Origin: Amphiscolops sp. MND2022
Lineage: Eukaryota
Direction: 5' to 3'
Assembly (NCBI GenBank): GCA_964187785.1
Contig: OZ076409.1
Span: forward strand, 36,148,001-36,212,000
Length of the DNA: 64,000 nt
Shown one piece after another: positions 24,001 to 39,000 of this stretch. How positions within the stretch are numbered: position 1 is the stretch's first letter; every line of letters begins with the position of its first letter. The position numbers and the translations under genes are program-made. The notes under the pieces were generated by a model that ran no database searches, was not told where the DNA came from, and saw only the letters and a list, made by a program, of their open reading frames with translations.

Positions 24001-27000
24001 ACAGTGGTCAACACTTATGCCGTGCAATCGGGAGGCTGCAGGTTCGAATCTCTCTGGGGTTTTGGCTTTATTCTAAAAAGCGCTCATTATGAAGTTGACT
24101 ATTGTGGAAAAAACTTTCTTAGCTGGACTGCAATGCACATTGACTTCGTCATGTGCAAAAAAGGGACCATTTGCGATTTTTTAGCATTCGTTCTTTTGCA
24201 AAATATCAAAAAAATGAAGGGAGGACCCTTTGGGACAATGAAAAATTTTCAAAAAAGTCTGACAAAGCCGAAGGGGGGAGTCTATGTCGAAAAAAGTGGA
24301 ACCTACTGCTTCTGAATCTTGTAAAAAAAGTAGTGCATACGCACCGGTTTGAACGCGAACCTTCTGGGTTGAAAAGCAATCATCTTACCACTAGATCTCG
24401 ACCACTAGCCTGAACTCTGCGACTTGCCGTGCCTCGCAAACACTCGCGTACCTTTGAAGAAGACCAAATGAGCAATATCATACGGAGAACCAAGGGTAAA
24501 AGGACATTGGAATATCGTCAATTTTACCACGCCAAAAAATACCCGAAGGGATACACATAAGTCTCGAAAACCATTCTTCCCCAACTGGAAACAGCAAGAA
24601 ACCATCTTTCTCAACGGAACCCCCCTTTCAAAAAACCAGCAAAAGGAAAATAAATCGAAATTTCTCGAAAAAAAATTCGAGATGAAGTTCTCCGGTAAGT
24701 CGCATAGTGCCGAAAACCTTGAGGAGTACCTTGCGCTCGCAAAACGTTTCGGTTCTTGTAAAAATTGAGGGAGGGGAGACTTCGATGAAAACAAATTTTA
24801 AAAAACACCAGGTCTCTAAAAGAACAAATTTCTAGTATAGCGTGCTGGGCCTGAGAAAACCTAATTTTGGGACAAAAATTATTCATTTTGAAAAATCTCA
24901 CATTGCCGAAAACTGCAAAAGGAGGCGCTTTGAGATTTTTCAACATCCATTGTTGCAAAATATAGAAAAATTGAAGGGGAAGTCTTCGAGACTCGAAAAA
25001 AATACAAAAAAGAGAATTTTGAACAGTCTCAATGTCGAAAAATATTTAAAAAGGGACCATTTGCAATTTTTTAGCATTCGTTCTTTTGCAAAATATCAAA
25101 AAAAGGAAGGGAGGACCCTTTGGGGACAATAAAAAATTTTCAAAAATGTCTGACAAAGCCGAAGGGGGAGTCTATGTCGAAAAAAGTGAAACCTACTGCT
25201 TCTGAATCTTGTAAAAAAAATTCGTGCATACACACCGGTTTGAACGCGAACCCTCTGGGTTGAAAAGCAATCATCTTACCACTAGATCTCGAACGCCTGA
25301 ACTCTGCGACTTGCCGTGCTTCGCAAACACTTGCGTACCTTTGAAGACCAAATGAGCAATATCATACGGAGAACCAAGGGTAAAAGGACATTAGAATATC
25401 ATCAATTTTACCACGCCAAAAAATACCCGAAGGGATACGCATAAGTCTCGAAAACCATTCTTTCCCAACTGGAAACAGCAAGAAACCATCTTTCTCAACG
25501 GCCCCCCCCCCCTTTTCAAAAAACCAGCAAAAGGAAAATAAATCGAAATTTCTCGAAAAAAATTTCGAGATGAAGTTCTCCGGTAAGTCGCATAGTGCCG
25601 AAAACCTTGAGGAGTCCCTTGCGCTCGCAAAACGTTTCGGGTCTTGTGAAAATTGAGGGGAGACTTCGATGAAAACAAATTTTAAAAAACACCAGGTCTC
25701 TAAAAGAACCAATTTCTGATATAGCGTGCTGGGCCTGAGAAAACCTAATTTTGGGACAAAAATTATTCATTTTAAAAAACCTCACAATGCCGAAAACTGC
25801 AAAAGGGGGCGCTCTGAGTTTTTTCAACATCCATTCTGTTGCAAAATATCAAAAAAATTGAAGGGGGACTCTTCGGAGACTCGAAAAAAAACAAATAAGA
25901 GAATTTTGAACAGTCCCAATGCCGAAAAATCTGAAAAAAGGGACCTTTTGCGATTTTTTAGCATTCGTTGTTGCAAAATACCAAACAAAATTGAAGGGAG
26001 GACCCTTTGGGGAGAATCCAAGAACGACCATCAAAAATGACATATAAAGGTGTCATTAGATGGGTTTAGAGCACCACGTAGCAATTGGTCGCTTACCAGA
26101 CTGCAATAAGAATCAGCCAGTCGATGAATGAGAGCCAGACTTTGCAGCTTCTTGAACATTGAATGGTGATCTATTGTCTCCACACTCGCATTCACAAACT
26201 GCGTGAATTTTGCACTATCACCTGAAACACCAATCCACTCAAGTATTTCCAACATTATCACATTGACTTGCATATTTTTCTATGTAACTATACTGATCCC
26301 ATTTAACACCTTGTTAAGGAGACGAGCATGTTCAGAATGTTGTAATGAAAACCTCTGTTGAAATACTTTGGAGTCAAGTGGAAACAAACTTTAGAAAAAT
26401 GTCAAGCGTCAGCCTCTTAAGCTGAGAATGAAACCAAAATGAAGGCGCATGTCGCTTTTTCGAGAACGGAGATACGACAATAATCCTTATGAATTTTAAG
26501 GAAGTTTTAATTGAAATGCGTGTTATCAAATAGAGCCCAAAAAATCTGTTGAAATCCAAAGTCCCAGGTCACAACAACAAGCAACGCCTTCCTATTCGAA
26601 CAATGAAGCAGATTACGTCACAGAGAAACAGAAATGTTTGGATGCAACGCTCAATTCTCCACAAGTACAAGCGGCTGTCATAGATAATTTCATACTTGTA
26701 TGCTGTGTTTGAGAACTTCCCTGGGAGTGGTAACCCTTCGTACAACTGCATCAATTCAATTGTTTGGAACTAAACAATAAAATAACCGTTGCGCTGTGCG
26801 ATGCGCATGAAGAACAAACTGGAGCAGTGTCGATGTATACATGATGCCCGCTGCGCTAGTTGGCGCGAAAATGTCAAGGACATACATCCCGTCAATTAGT
26901 TTCAAGCTCATCGGTTGCATTTCTCGTAGCAGCGCTAGCTGCATTGGTGGGAAAATTGCCGTTCGCTAACCGAAGGACATTGTATCACTGGTTGAGTTGA

Positions 27001-30000
27001 GCATTTTCGGAAACGTCTTGTTTTCCAAGTTGTTTCACAAATCCAATTCCAGAAAACGGGGTCTGGGAATGGGGAAGTTCGGCTATTGTCTAACTCTCAT
27101 AATCGAATATCAGACAACAAATTTCAACTTGGCCTACATGCTGCCGAGACTGGCATTGATAATTTATGAGGGGTCAACAGCTAACGTGTTACACCCCTTT
27201 TTCCTCTGCCATAAATTGCCTAATCACTCTCGACAACTCCCTCTGGCTGTGGAAGAGCGAGTTCGAAAATGTTCAACGGGGAAGATATCTTGGATTGCCT
27301 TAGCGATGTTCCGAATTTATTTATGCAAACGAAATATGGCTAGAAAGCTGTGACTGGGCGAATAATTGATGAAAATTGTCATGATTTGGGTCTCCGAAAG
27401 TCGCAGATGGTAAGGAGGCTGTGACTTCTTCTGAAGACTGGTCTCGCCATCATGGCACTTGGGGGTTTCAAATGTGGCAACAGTACTAAAATTTTTGACA
27501 AGAAAGTCCAGGCTTTGAGATTTTTGGATGAAGAATGACGGCACTTTTCGGCGCATCTCACGTTTTTCGGGTGGCTCAAGATTACTCGGAGCGAAGCGAT
27601 AACGTGAAATGTTTGCTTACAAAACATTTAGAAAAATTCTTAGATGAAGTAAATGGAAGTTTCTACAAAGTGTATGAATATGCTTCCAGCTTTTCACATA
27701 TGCAACATTGAAAACTTTTTTGCAGGTTCGACTGAGGATACTTTCGCCTAAACTACGACATATGAGCGTTTCATTTCTAAAAAAATCGACAAGACTATCG
27801 GCGGAAAAATGGAAAATATTTAATCCTAGGTCCTCCACAGCAAAACTGAAGATAGATACAATGGAATGGTTTTCCTTCTAGTGAAGACATACTCTAGGAA
27901 TGAATTTGGCGTGTTTTGCAAACAGAGTCGCTTTCACTCAGTCTTCAGTGGCACCAATATGTTCAATGAGTCAGTTTCAGGTTTCAGCCACTCAGAAAAC
28001 CAACTACATTTTTCATTTTGGATAAAAGACCCAGCTATGAGAGATATTTTCCTCATGGTATTTACTCCTGATTTCTTATTAACTATATCATTAGACTTTT
28101 ATTGCTGCAAAAACAGATAATTCTGATTTTAATTCAATGCTTCGATTGAGGCAACCGATGCTGGTGGGTGGATTTGATCAAGTGACAGCGAACAAAATAA
28201 ATAGACCAAAGATAACCTACGCATAGGTGAGAAAGATTCAAGGATTACATTATGCAACAACAAAAAGTTCATATTTTAAATATCAGTAACACGACTGACC
28301 TTATGTTGAACTACTTTTTCACAGAAATTTCACAACCGAGTCAGGCAGAAAGTTGCATGAATATACAGGACGCCACGTATTACACCATTTTTCATCACAG
28401 TTTTCTTAATCTTACAATGGTTGATTTGGAGTAAGGTGTTCCAATTTATAAATCAGTCCTCCACTTGATGTTATCGAATGTATTTGCGGAGACTGATACT
28501 GCATAAGGCTCTGCTGTTTGCAACGCATTCTCAAACAACTACAGTCAAACTCGGATAAAAGAAACTCATTGGGCGGTGAGAAAATGGTTTCTTTTATCAA
28601 TAGTTTCTTTTATCAGTTGTCCTATTAACGTAGAAAGTTTGACTTGCATAAAATCGGAGGAGTGAAAACGTTTCTTATATCCGAATGTTTCTTTTATCCG
28701 AGTTCGACTGTATTCCTTTTATTGCAGAAGCGCCCCAGTTTCTCTCATGGGCAAGAAATCTTCACATTTCTCGTTGAGTGAGAACGGTCGATTTGGACCA
28801 ACATGTTAGAGCCTGACATTGTAGCATCACTAACTTGATTTGACTTGCTGTGACTTCACTTTGGTGGGAGGCTCGGGCCGGTAGCTTTGACCGGTTGCAC
28901 GTACAAGAGCAGTAATCCACCCGGTGCGTTCGTTCTCATTCTCAGCAGCAAAATCGATCGATTGACCTTCTTTCACTGCGTTGAAATAGAACAACTTTGG
29001 ATGTTGACCTAAAAGATATCAGTCATTTTCTATCTACGAGAGATTACACGGTACTTGACAGGGATACAAAAAGCGTTTTTTCATGATTGAACTGTTTCCT
29101 CGGTGTTTTTTGAAAATACATGTTTTTGCATTTTTAGTCGGCGCCTTTTCCCTTAAGGAAAAAAGCACAACTATTACAGTGGGTAGTTTTTTTTCAGCTG
29201 ACAATCTCACTCTGAATGGTCCACTTTTTTCACAATCTTTTGTTCATTTGTTCAACTAATTTTCTGAGAAGCAGGAGATCGTGGGTTCGATTCTCGCACT
29301 AAACCACAAATTTTTTTTATGCTTCCAAAAGTACAAGTGAGACCAAAGGGTCCCCCCTTTGGGTTTTTGGCACTATGCGAAAATTTTCGAATTCTATCAA
29401 AGGGTACCCCTTGCATTTTTTTGAAGTTTTCGGATTGTAAAACGTTTAATGAGCCTAAATGGCCTTTTTTTGTTTTTCGGCATTGTTCGACTTTTAAAAA
29501 AAATTAATTTTTTCTAAATGTTTCCAATAGTTGTTCCTTGAATATTTTTGAGCCTTAGATATGGCGCCGACTTGGGACGTTCCCGTCTTGTTTTTCCATC
29601 CGAAACCATATTTTAAAAATTGGATAAATGAAAATGATAGTTTCCAAGCTTTTCGAAACCGAGATTGACTTTTAGGATCCGGAACGTCATTCCCATTGTC
29701 CGGAAAATAGATTTATCGAGGCATCCACTAAAAGTCAAGAAAGTATTAATTGAAGTAAAACACTCGTTTTCTTCAAGCGTTTAGAAAGTGTTTTCTTTTT
29801 GCTTGTTTAGAACTTTTTTCTTTTATGACAACCATGGTACTTGATGAGCGACAGTCGGTCAGATAAATTTGGCAAAAAATTCAGGTATGTTTCCAATTTG
29901 GCGTCAACGAACAATTGGTTTCCTGCTGATCAAATGAATCTACAGCCATTTAGCAAAAACAATTGCAGGTATAGCCAGTAGACGGAAACGATTTCTAAAT

Positions 30001-33000
30001 TAGACCTGTGTCTTGACGCAAAAGTAATCAGTCTATGCGAGAAGCCTCAACAGTTGTCCAAAAAACATGGCTGTTAATTTGATCACATAGAACAGCAGTT
30101 TTAACGACATGGAATTAGCTTGACACCGTTCCGCGGAAATTCATTACCATCACGACCTTGAAAGAGCAACGCGTAACATTAATTTCCATTTCAAACCAAT
30201 CAATATTTTCGCAAAATGTTGCAAGGATAGAGTATGATGTCTTTCACAACATGTGCAAAAGCATTGAAAAACGAAATACTGCAACTTTTTAAAGTTTTTT
30301 TGTGCTTTCACACACAAACTTTAAAAAAAAACAAAAAAATCACAAAAACAGACAGGTTTCAAAAATTAAGTCCGTGCTGAAAAGTGAGACCCTTATCCAA
30401 TATATTAAAAAACCGTGTCAGATTAATCATTAATGAGCACCAAGACAGAACCCCATGAAACAATTAGCTGAAACCATCAATTGATTGCAGTTGTAAACGA
30501 ATGAAGTCGTTAATTGATCAAATGAGAAACACAGGACGTTATAACAATGTTAATTTAGATAGATGTTAGCAAGACAGATTAAAAGCAGTTGGAAAAGATG
30601 ATACATACGGCTGACAACTTCGGATCAAATAACCAATGTACAAGTTAATCAAGACTAACTTGAAAAGCTTGTCAAAGGTACGGAGAAAAATCTGAAATAC
30701 TGTCAATCTAACATTTGGCATTTGGAACACAGGAAAAGTACACATCAGGAAAAATGACCTTCTTTGGGTTCCGAATAGTCCACGGTGAAGCCGTCCAGCT
30801 GCAGGATATCTGATGGCTCCGATTTCTTCACACGATAGTAGCACAGAGCGAAAGTGTATTGACTGACTTGAATCAAAACCATGAACCTCTTCTTCCATTT
30901 TATCCACAGTTGGTCCTTTCCTTGTGAATACAAATTCCTGAAAAAAAACATGATGATGAAACAAAACAGCCTCCTTGATGCTTTATGAATTTTTCAGAAT
31001 GTGCAGTAGTCGGACGTTAAGAATCTAAAGTTTTGAACATAATAGTGATACTTCAAAGAAACTAGGCTGACCCGCAATTTTTGATGTTTTGCGGTCTGTC
31101 CATTAAGATCTTCAGTTTGACTTTCAACTGTTCAGGTTCTGTGGCATCGTCTTTCTTCTTCTTCCCAATTTCTTCCATGTCAAACCACTGAGCCATTTTG
31201 TTACTATTGAAGTTTGGGTTGATGGTGAGAACAACCTGAAACAGGCAAACGTTCATCAGTACATTCCTGCCTACAAGCATCTAATATCCACAATAATCTT
31301 ACTCGTCCAAGTTCCTTGTCATCTAACTGGTAGAACTGCGTTGCTTCTGTGAACAACCGAACCTTCAGAATAGGCAGTGGTTGACTGGTTGTGAATTCTC
31401 CTAGCGTGTCCCATCTAAAAGAAAAAGACTAAGTTACTAAGGGATATTTTTCGCCGTCTACCATAGGAATGAACCAAACACATTTTTATTGCAAAGCTAT
31501 TGAACGATACAAAAAGGAAGATAAAAAGTTCATTTTCCAACTTCCAACTCCTCATGGGACTGCTGCTACATTGCCGACCATGAAGACGCTAAAGAGGTTT
31601 TTAAGAACAACTTTTAAAAAGGAAAGTGCCTTCAAAAACTCGGCTACTTGTGTTTTAATGCTTGTGTTCAAAGATGACCCTATAACCATTGATTAAAGAA
31701 TATAATATACAGTAGTGATATAATTAAAAGCAACAAAAGGCAAATCTCAAAATCCAATATCTCTGAAACAGCAACTAATTTTGAAAATTGATAAAAGTGA
31801 AAGTTTCTTAGATTTTTATCTAGTTTACAAATATGTTTGTTTGAAAATTATGCGATGAAAATTGTAGAAGTTACGATAGGCCATTTTTAGCCAAATTTAA
31901 GCCAAAAAAATTGGAGGCAAAAAAAATATGTAGCTTATACTATAAACAAAATGAAGACTTCTATCATAGCTTAAAATTTTGATAATACATGTAGGATGAT
32001 TATAGCTTTCGGGGAAAAACCATTTTGTCATTTCTAGGAAAAGGGATTTCAAATCATTCTCTTGAAAATGAATTAGTCAAGATTGCAATCAGAGGAAGTC
32101 TAGTTATGGGATTTTGAGGCAAAATTATCGTTCTTCGACTCACAGAGGTAGCCAGCCTTTGAGAAAACTCTTTCGGCAACAGCTGGAGACGGAAGAGCAC
32201 CCAATTTATGAGTAAGATAGCTCACACAATTCTATAATCACGGCAATGATAGAATCCTATTGCAGAATTTTTATAGGTCGGCTAAATTATAGTCGTTATT
32301 ACAGTAGTTACGGTATGATTATTATAGCTGTCATAATGGTTTTTCTACCATAGACTATAATACATATACACTTCACGCTATGGTCATCTCTGCTTGTGTT
32401 TTAGTTTCATTGTCCAGCGAATAACCTCGAGTTCCAATTCTAACGCAGAGACAGTTTCATTTGCAAATAAAATACTGCATGATTGTATCAATATTCCTCA
32501 CCTCGCGACTGGGCAGGAAAGTCGAAAAAGACAATTACATAACAATTTGTGATTTTCCCCAACCAAAACTTTTTGCTATGACCTTGGCTAACATCTGTGT
32601 AGCGTTGAAGAATTACCGTTGACAAAATGGCGTAAAAAGAATAACCGAAATGCTTCAAGCAATACTTAGAAAAGCAGAACTGCTTATTTGGCGTCCACGC
32701 CGCGGAATTGGGGAAAATTAACTTTCTTTCAATATTCAGTCTCAGGCTTGAGGAAAATAAGCTACAACTTGACGAGACAATTTTTTGATCGGAAAATACA
32801 GGAGTCACAAAATACCACAGGTCAAAATGCTACCATAGAGAACTTTCCAATGTGCCCTAAATACAGGAGCGAAGCAATGACCGGTGTAGCGGCTGGTTTT
32901 GACCAAGGCCGACCTGCAGGGGCGCCAAGTGCCCCGGAAGGAGGAAGGCCGGGTCATACAACCAATACTGTTACTCAATAACGAATGAAAAACTTCATCG

Positions 33001-36000
33001 TTAACTTTGCTCTATTGTCTTATTCGGTCATGTCGTTGAGTTAGTTTCACCCGTGATTTTGAATTTCACGTATTTCGATTCGATGATATTTTGTCTGCTG
33101 GTATTTTATCCCCTGGTATTTTGACGTGTAACCAAAATACAAATTATAAGCTTTTTGATGAATGATTCGGATTGCATCTGTATCACATCTGAAAACTTCA
33201 AAGAGAATCAAATCGTGATTATGATTAAAGCATTTCTACCAAAAAACGTGGCTCTTAAGTGGCTCAATTGTAAGGTAGACTTGCGTCGCGCTTTGAAAAA
33301 ATATTGCACCCTCTATTCTCTCATTTGAAGTTTTTAGTTCAAAAAGGAAGAACTTGATTCAGCTCACATCAAGCCTAGATTATAATTTCCAGAAGAATTT
33401 TAGACTTGCATAAAGTAACATTTAAAAAAAATAGGCCCCTCCGGGGTACACTATTTCTGCTTTAATCTTTCATTATTAATAGAATCATATCTGGAATGCG
33501 AATACACTCCTGTTTATTCATTATTTAGCGCACAATTAACCACTGTACCAGTTTATACCGCCTATAAATCTCGGCAAGTATAACTACTAAGCGTAGACGA
33601 AGTTTCGCATTCGCATTTGAATGCAGGCGAAGCTCTAGGCGAACGAATAATTAACACTCATTCGCTTCATCTCAATAACTCGGGGCAACGAAAGCATAAT
33701 TACGAACATTCGCTCGCTTCATATCAATGCGGTCAGCGTACGAAGGCATAATTACCACGCGCTCGCTCCATCGCACGAGAATTGAATTGTCGTCGGCAGC
33801 TTGAGAAATTTAATTCTCAAGCTTATAGTCACTGTCGAACAAATCTGAATTTTTCAAAATCACGACAAGAAATTTACTGGAAAGTTGATATCTTGAGGTT
33901 TCAATAATATTCCTGCTATCGCAGAATGAAAACAAAAAAAATCTGAACACAACTCATTAATTTTTGTTTGTATCGAGGGTTCCACTAAGCGGGCAAATTG
34001 AAACGCTTTTGGAAGTCTCTTCTGTTGCAAATCGTTTTTACTATTTTTAATTTAAAACTATATTTATTCACTGATTTTGTTTTATAACATTCAACAGATG
34101 AAATTATTATATTATTTTACTCAACTAAAAGTGCCGACTAAAAACAGCGGAGACGCTTCAATGAACGAGAAACTTCAAGCAAAACAAGATTTCATTTCCA
34201 TAGCAACAAGACGAGGGAGCTGTATCTGATTTTCACACATTGCTTCTGATATTCCATTCGTTCAGTCCAAAGTAATGTTTGAAAATCTTTTTCAAAAAGT
34301 ACAAAACTTGTTTTTGTCAAGATTCGAACTAACGACCCATTTATTACCTGACAGCTCATGGGATTAGCCAAGAAGATAAATTCCGATTGGCAGTTCCGAT
34401 TTAAAAAACGCCAATACTTATCAATATCTTTTTAGTCGGCGCTTCATGAAGTGAAACGCGACATTATAGTGACTTTTTTAATCCACACGAACTGACCAAA
34501 ATAGTTCTTGAAAATTCTACGAAATTTTATGGTCCCAAATTGAATAATTTGGCCTAGCGAACTGAACCAAAAAACTTTTTTCTCTTTTTCCGCGTAACAT
34601 ACAATACCGGGAAAGACTAATGGGCCCCCGCCTTTGTTTTTTTTGGCATTGTGAGACTTTTCAATTTTTTTTCGCCAAAAGGTCCCCCTTCAATTATTTT
34701 GATGTTTTGCGAGAGCATAGATGTTGAAAAAACCCAAATGATCCCTCCTTTCAGTTTCTTTCGGCTTTGTGAGACTTCAATTTTTTAAACCAAAGGGTCC
34801 CCCTTCAATTTTTTTGATATTTGACAACAATGGATGTTAAAAAATCCGAAAGGGTCCCCCTTTTAGCGCACCGATTCGGCCCAACTTTTGTACTGTAAAA
34901 GAATACTTGACACTTTCATGTACTCCAAAAGAATACTTGACACTTTGACGTCCTTTTGCTATTTTTGAGTCTTAGACATGGCGCCGACTTATGCCGATCC
35001 CGAGAAAGACCCAAGGAAGACCACTATTCGTTCCGCTGAAGTTGATTATATTCGGAATCCACTGTAATAAGAAATATTAGAAATTTATAAGTGTTATTTA
35101 GTTTCTTAGATTGCAGCGTCACGCAGAATATTATAATCGTAAATTCTTTTTAGTCTTTGAACGTCGACTGTAACTTGAGGTAGTAAAATATGCCCAAGGG
35201 TGATAAGATCAAAACCAAGGGTGACAAATCAAAGTTAATTACTACGATCAAAACAGTGACGCATGTAATATTTTAAATACTAAAAGTATAAAACTTCACT
35301 CCAATCCAGTCAACTAGAAACTTCCTTATGTTGTTTTTTAACCCCGTTTGACTTGGTGTAATCGGGTCGAATTCTTTTTTTAAAGGTTGATTACATGCAC
35401 CGTCACCTAACACAGATCCCACACCTACAAGTGAAGATTAGTTGTTATTACCATTTACTTTCCCCTTGCAACAAATCAACTAACCGCGTGCTTTAAATAA
35501 ATTAATGACTTGAAATTATGTTAAAGTTGAATTCCCAACTAACAAGACTTTATTTCGCTGAAAAAAATTTCCCTGTCAGCTGGATGGAGCATTACAAATT
35601 TATTAAAGAAGCAATCCAGTTTGATTGGAATCGGTGTTGTAAAAAATAAGCCCATTCAGGTTTATGTTTCTGCAACTGCAAACAAGTTTCAAAATGTTCA
35701 TATATCAATTCCACACGAGTTTGCGCTATGAATCAATTAATAAAAATTTCCGGAAATATACCTTTCGATTCCAAACTGATTTTCTGCAAACATGTTTCAT
35801 TTATGAACTTCGTAAAAGTGCAATTTTAGAGTGATTTTGACTGAAAATATGCAATTATTTACTGCAAAACTTCATTGTACTGAAGCAAACTTGTACAAAG
35901 TCGAGAACTGTCTCAAAAAAGTACTTCGAACTTCAAACTAAATTTTTCAAATTGTAAAAATTCATGTATTTTTTGTTGTTTCATTCAAGGGTAAAACAAC

Positions 36001-39000
36001 TCACCAACCTTGAGACAACTGATTTATTGCTATAAAAAACAAATTTCATTTTGGTGGTTCAAAAATAAATTCATTGCAATATATCACGCATAATATTTTT
36101 CTACATCACTAGAAATTTTCTGCTGTTAAGCAGTATTGTGATTTTGTCATGTCACCCAATCAAATTTTAGCACATCTATGATTCTCACTGACTGTTGATA
36201 ACTCTGCGTAACAAAGGGGGGGGAATCGGAGGTTAATTTCTAAGCGCCTATTGCGGCGGCAGGGGGTATAAGAGGTGGAAAATTAAAGGAAATGTCACGG
36301 TGAAGAAAAGTTTCTGCAAACAAGTCCAAGAAGCCAAAGAGCTTCTCAGGACGACCTTCTTGACTTGTTTATTCTTATTCATTAGTAGTTAATTACAAAA
36401 GTTACTACACTTTGCTGCTCATATGTGCACGATGCCCTCATTTTGATCTCTTATGACTTTGCTTCTTTACTGAACTTCTTATATATGATCTAGCGTGAAT
36501 TCATCTATTGACAAGAATTTTTGGAAAACTAATTATCAGAAGAATCCACAGGCGCTTCTATTCAAGTTAATTCGAAAAGCAGTTTGAGAACCAACTTGTC
36601 AAAGCAATGTTCCTCCAGAGGAAAAAATGGAATCAGCTATATACCAGCTGCAACTTGGCAATTCTTAGTTTCAGAAGTAATTTTTTCTACTGTGAAAAAA
36701 AAACACCTTAGTTAATAGCAAATAGTTCTAATATTATTCCAGCATTGACTAGCAATCTGGCGTAAACATGAAATTCGGATAAATTAGACATTGAAGCAAT
36801 TTCAAAGAAACTGCTATTATTGTGCGACATACTTGGAAGATGACTTGATTTATTTGGAAATTAAAAGAAGCAATTAGGGCAAAATAAATAAGTAGAGGGG
36901 AATTTCTTACTGTGGTTTATTCGCCTCGGCGTGATCAGTCTGAAGTCGTTTATCACCCTCCAGTTCCATGGTGCAGAATACAATTTTGCCGCCATTCACG
37001 TTTTTGAGGTTTTGCACTTCGACTACAGTTACTTCGACGTAGAAGGAAAGAACAATGTCTGATTTAGACAGTCTAATTTCTTGATCGCCAGGACCTTCAA
37101 GTAAGGCATTCGGAGTTCTGGAACAACATTACAAGCAAGTTGCTAAATCACATTCAGCAATTGACGGCTATGTTGAAGTTATACGTTGCCAAGCATAGTT
37201 TCCATGGTTTATGGCAATTCGGCGCCATGAAGTTTTGCTAGTTCCAATTCATTGCGAATCAACTTCAGCAACCCTAAAAGTTTCAAAGTAGCGTCATATT
37301 CAGCGTGCATTTAGACTAACGGTGAGAAGTAGAAATATTTTGTTTTAAAGGAAATAATGGACGTTGCATTGTAACTCTGCGTACAGACTTTTCCAAGCAG
37401 GTTCCCGGAATTTTCCATCATTTATTTTCTTAATTAGCATTTTGTATGCTTGAAAGCAGCATCAAAAATTTCATAGCACATTCAACAATTGTGATCGATT
37501 CCTTAAAAAATGGTATTGAATTCAAGTGAATTTGTTATGACGAAGACACTCTTTAGCGTACTTCAACGTAGATGACATTCGAGGGATTGAAGAGAGGAAT
37601 GATAGAAAATACTTTTTGGTCCGTAGCACAGTGAAACCAGAAGGTCTTCCACTGATGGCCGTGTTGACACCTCTGGCAGCTGACACAGGAAGGCAATCCA
37701 AATTGTGCATCAGCATCTGGATCTGACTGTTGATCTCTTCCATGAACATCTGATCCATGCCCTTGTGCAGGAACTTGGGCAGCTTCTTGGTCTGGAAATG
37801 GAACAACATAAGAACACGATGGGAAAAACATGTAAGTTAGGAAAAATTAGGGGGAGAATAAAATATTGAGGCAATTTTTGTGAGTAAACATATACAGTGG
37901 ATCCCGGATATAAGAAACCCTCTTATAAGAAATACCCGCGTATTTTGACCCCGACTGACAATTCAATTCCTTTTTAAGCCCTCATGTAAAAAATTTCAAT
38001 TATAAGAAACACCCTTAGTCGTTCCGCTGACGTTGATTATATCCGGGATCCACTGTTACATTAAAACATGTTGAGCTCAGATTAAAAGTTGGGAGACTTT
38101 TTGAAAAGGATGAATCATAAACTGAATTGATTTCTATGTTATACATAATATTGTGAAATTCTTGAAAAGTTTAAATAAAGTGTTCACTCTTAGCGCGCAA
38201 TAAGTCAAGTATGACTCATCGCTAATTTGGTTACTCGACACACAGAAAGTTTTCCTCCAACTATGACGGAAAGTGTCCGGACATTTTTTGATAACCTAGA
38301 TATATTTCGAAACCACTCTATTTCGAAACAACCAATTTATTATTATGGCTATTCAAAATCCAGATGAAATTATGATTAAAATAGTTTCAGCATGATAGTA
38401 AAGAATGTGTTGATCTTGGAGATATTTGTATTTGGGAACGGAATTTTTTTGTCATTTGGACATGTCTACCGCTGATTGAAATCGTTAGTCGAATGAATAA
38501 GCGGGCGCGGCCGCTAAACCGATGATAAGCGATGAAAGAAACGTCAATTTTCTCACCTTAGCCAAACCTTCCGCGTACTGCTTTCTGGCATTCAGTTCTT
38601 TCCGAATCACAGAACTTTGTTCGTCGACACTGTCAAGCTAAACAAAAAATTGAATCAACTCAGTATTACACTAACCTAATTGAAGCTTGGAACTTTCATG
38701 TTAAAACGTGGCTTCAAGAGGCAGTATTTCTTAGCCGATAGTTTCGATAATGCGATGTTCTATGAAGATTTCTGATAGGAAACAAAGTCAGATTCTATTT
38801 CTAATTCTGTTCTTCAATGCAAAAGTAGAATTTTTGAAACAACGTAACTCAATCGCTGCAATGAAAAATTTTTATGAGTATCGAAATTACGAGAATTCAT
38901 TAGCTAGGAAATTTCCTCGAATTTTCCGTAGTTTTCAGAACTTCGGTGACCAGATCAGCACCTATGAATTTCGAAAATTGTAATTAAATTATTCGAACAC

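Larger units (their letters stand above)
18172..26012 (-). repeat. Head-to-tail tandem array of a HINE family B fragment (~0.9-kb units; ~1.2 kb where family C is nested)
   Basis: Unit junctions at about 18703, 19603, 20806, 22012, 23217, 24426 and 25313; homologous to the solo element at 46446-47451. Confidence 0.95.

Noticed and set aside
18172..26012. CRISPR-like array, or a tandem protein family from the recurring ORFs ([10 protein letters not shown].., [10 protein letters not shown]..)
   Set aside because: Whole units repeat with no unique spacers or cas genes; ORFs are F/K-rich, occur on both strands and change frame between copies.
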